From positions 10,664,001 through 10,728,000 of the forward strand of contig NC_088801.1 in NCBI RefSeq assembly GCF_011386835.1: DNA of 64,000 nt. Direction: 5' to 3'. Source of the DNA: Chrysemys picta bellii. Lineage: Eukaryota. The translations under genes and the position numbers were made by a program. The notes under the pieces are model-generated. The model did not search any database. It was not told where the DNA came from and saw nothing but the letters and a program-made list of their open reading frames with translations. Numbering within the stretch: position 1 is the first letter of the stretch; each line of letters opens with the position of its first letter. Shown piece by piece: positions 61,197 through 64,000 of this stretch.

Positions 61197-62437
61197 CTGC
61201 AATGCAAAGAATTTCATTTTAGAAAACATACATCCCTATCTAAAGTCTGCAACAACTCTCTGGGGGTGGTTTTCCTCTTTTATTACAAACCCACGTGTGT
61301 TAACTAGATGTGATAATATTCAGCAAACAATACATTGAAAAATTAAGTACCTTTATACAACTCTTAGCATGCAATATCAACAGAATTTGTAACGATACTG
61401 AAAAGTGCAAATACTCCAAATACATGTAAATGGCTCAGTATTAAGTAATTCAAGTAATGCAAATGCAAAAATAAACTGCTTAGAGGCAGTAGGAAAGAGG
61501 CACCAGGTAGCAACATTACAAATTAAAGCCATATGGTATGTTTTATTCTTGTCCCTATGGGTTCTGAATATTGCCATAAAGATGATCAGTAACTCTTCAC
61601 ACCCTCTAATATCTGCATCTGCAGCAACTACTATATATTATATCAAACATTATGTTAAAAGAACATTAAGATTGAAAAAATCAAGCACTCAGAAGTTAGG
61701 AAATGCCAAAATTAAGATTGCCCTAGCCCCTCAACTGCCTGCACCGATTAATTCCCTCATCCCACCACACACCGCCCATCTCTCATCTTCTCTGCATTCC
61801 AGAGTGGCTACTTCCTCCTTCTCTGCCTCATTGTCTGGCTTCCAGCAGGGTGTTTTACTGAGAACACAGGAGACAGTCTCCCTGCTGCAGACTGGAGCAT
61901 GCTCAGTGCAGACAGAATCTTTAGAGAATTTAGCTGCCAAACTAACAAGTTTCTATTGAGCAGGTGCAAACTGAGATTTTTTTCCCAAAGGCTTATAACT
62001 TGGCCCGATGTGGGTGGTTTTTCATGGGAAGAGCAGAAGATATGTCCCTGACACCAGGGCAACCCCCTCCCCCTGCCACATTTCAAGCACCTGCTCCAAA
62101 GCAGGGGGTAGCTACGGCTTTGCAGTGAAATGGTTGCAATATTTTTTTAAAATACATGCAAAACAATGTATTTTCCCCTAATTTTGTTCTCAGAAACAAC
62201 TGAACCATTTTAACTGAAACTTTCCAAAAAAATTTAAGCTGATTCAGACATCCACCATAGAAAATTTCAGCTCTAACAGTTACTTATATGGTAAGCAAGT
62301 TGGGGAAGGGGCAGTCTTCTTGTTCTGTGTTTGTACAGCACCTAGCACAATAGGATCTTGATCCATGATGGGGACTCCTATGGTAATACAAACAACAGAT
62401 AATAAGAACAATAAAGTTTGACAAAGTTATAAGCAAC

Positions 62438-63893
62438 TGTAATGGTCCTCACTTGGGGTCTAGCTGGAAAGTGGGGCCTAGTGGTTACAGCCATAATCCC
62501 TGACTGCCGGGGGGGTTGTGAGGAGGGGAGCCCGGGCTCCAACCCAGGACCCTTTGGGCTACCAGTAGTCTAGCAACCAAGTAAGGTTGCCAACTTTCTA
62601 ATCGCACAAAACCGAACACCCCTGCCCCGAAGCCCCATCCCTGCCCCAAGGCCCCGCCCCCACTCACTCCATCCCCCTCCCTGTCGCTTGCTCTCCCTGA
62701 CCCTCACTCACTTTCACCGGGCTGGGGCAGGGAGTTGCGGTGCAGGAGGGGTGTGAGGGCTCTGGCTGGGGGTATGGGTTCTGGGGTGAGGCTGGGGAGG
62801 AGGAGTTTGAGGTGCAGGAAGGGGCTCCAGGCTGGGGGATTCAGAGTGCGGGAAGGGGTGTGGACTCCAGCTGGGGGTACAGACTCTGGGGTGGGGCTGG
62901 GGATGAGAGGTTTGGGATGCAGGAGAGGCCTGGGGCAGGAGGTGTTGGGTGTGTGTGCAGGCTCTGGGAGGGAGTTTGGATAGGAGGGGACGCCGTGTTG
63001 GGGTAGAGGGTTGGGGTGAGGGAGAGGGTTCAGGGTGCAGGTCCTGGCGGCGCTTACCGCAGCTCCCAGGAAGCAGCAGCCACCCCTGCAGCCCCTAGGT
63101 GCATTGACAGCCAGTGAGGCTCCATGCACTGCCCTCGCATCTGCGGGCACTGCCCCCGTAGCTCCCATTGATCACACTTCCCAGCCAATGGGAGCTGCTT
63201 AGCCGGCATTCAGGGCACGGGTAGTGTGCAGAGCCTCCCTGACCACCTATGAGCCTAGGGGCCGCATGGACCCGGTGGCCACTTCCAGGAGACACTCGGA
63301 GCTAGGGCAGGCAGGGAGCCTGCCTTAGCCCCAGACCCCCACTGCGCCACCGACTGGACTTTTAACAGCCCAGTCAGCAGTGCCGACCGGACCCGCCAGG
63401 GTCACATTTCGACCGGGCATTCTGGTCGAAAACCAGACACCTCGCAACCCGACAACCAAGGCTGCTTAAGGCTGTCCTCCCTGGGCCTCTTCGTGTCATC
63501 CCTCGTCCCCCCTCCTATCAGGCCTCAGTCCAAGGCCTTCCCCTGGTGGGGAAATCCAAACCAAAAAGAAGTAAGAGGGAGTTACCAATGTCCAAGGTCA
63601 CAGAATACTTCCCTCTCTGGTTGTATCTGGGGTGGGTCCTCCCTTCCCTCAAGGAGGCGCCGTTTGGGCAGCCGTATCAGAGCCTTTAGGCTTCCCTCTG
63701 CTCTGCTACAGCTATGGACTACAGGTCTGCTCACCTCCAACTCTGACACCCAAATAAACTACTTGTTTCCTCCCTTTTAATTCCTCCAGCAGATGGAGCA
63801 TTTGCTGCAGTTGTGGTGGGAAGGGGCTGGCTGAACCCAAAATAATCCCTTAACCCCTTGTTGCCCAGTGTGGGGTGTGTACACCCCATCACA
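62438..63893 (-). mobile_element. Solo Gypsy-type LTR (about 577 bp net), interrupted by a hAT element
   Basis: Plus-strand termini TGTAATGG...CCATCACA; the minus strand starts TGTGATGGGGTGTACACACCCC. Flanks GCAAC and GCAAT (4/5). Confidence 0.7.
62582..63452. mobile_element. Non-autonomous hAT with a G-rich interior
   Basis: TIRs TAAGGTTGCCA and TCGCAACCCGA. Perfect 8-bp TSD CAACCAAG (62574-62581, 63453-63460). Confidence 0.88.
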
Positions 63894-64000
63894 GCAATTG
63901 AAAATGGGATCCTAGAACAGGAAGCGTCAGGCAACTTTAACTAAGGGCAACACTAGCAGTTCCTCGTACCGTTAGAGGCTATGTCCAATTTAAATCCTTA

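Noticed and set aside
62485-63295. Several long GC-rich ORFs (also 31266-31808, 45179-45685, 52816-53427, 61405-61959)
   Set aside because: Low-complexity or repeat-derived frames with no recognisable domains or splice support.

Overview
Vertebrate genomic DNA with a turtle-like repeat landscape (CR1, DIRS, Gypsy LTRs, hAT/Harbinger/mariner MITEs, CORE/MIR-like SINEs, LF-SINE). The window lies inside the semaphorin 5B gene (SEMA5B) on the minus strand. I found three exons by splice-site reading: 60991-61196 (start codon and signal peptide), 43845-43944 (100 nt) and 27296-27341 (46 nt). They splice in frame to MVVSRLKRISLSLASLFLLTFHLSASQNAPEYPETEQQQCIRREHPTIAFE-DLKPWVSNFTYPGVHDFSQLALDANRNQLVVGAR-NYLFRLSLHNVSLIQ, the start of the Sema domain. 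Everything else is intronic. Almost all ORFs in the supplied track are spurious or come from decayed transposons. The most notable observations are: the frame and splice architecture at the first coding exon, a rearranged head-to-head DIRS remnant, hAT-type MITEs carrying convergent tRNA-like units or hairpin arrays, two near full-length LF-SINEs (one split by a solo LTR, one with an extra ~210 bp), and a fossil Gypsy integrase split by younger insertions. I found no CRISPR array, no rRNA gene and no genuine tRNA gene, and nothing I can support as a wholly new system. Family names and the comparisons with human SEMA5B come from recalled consensus sequences, not database searches. Boundaries of old repeats are approximate.
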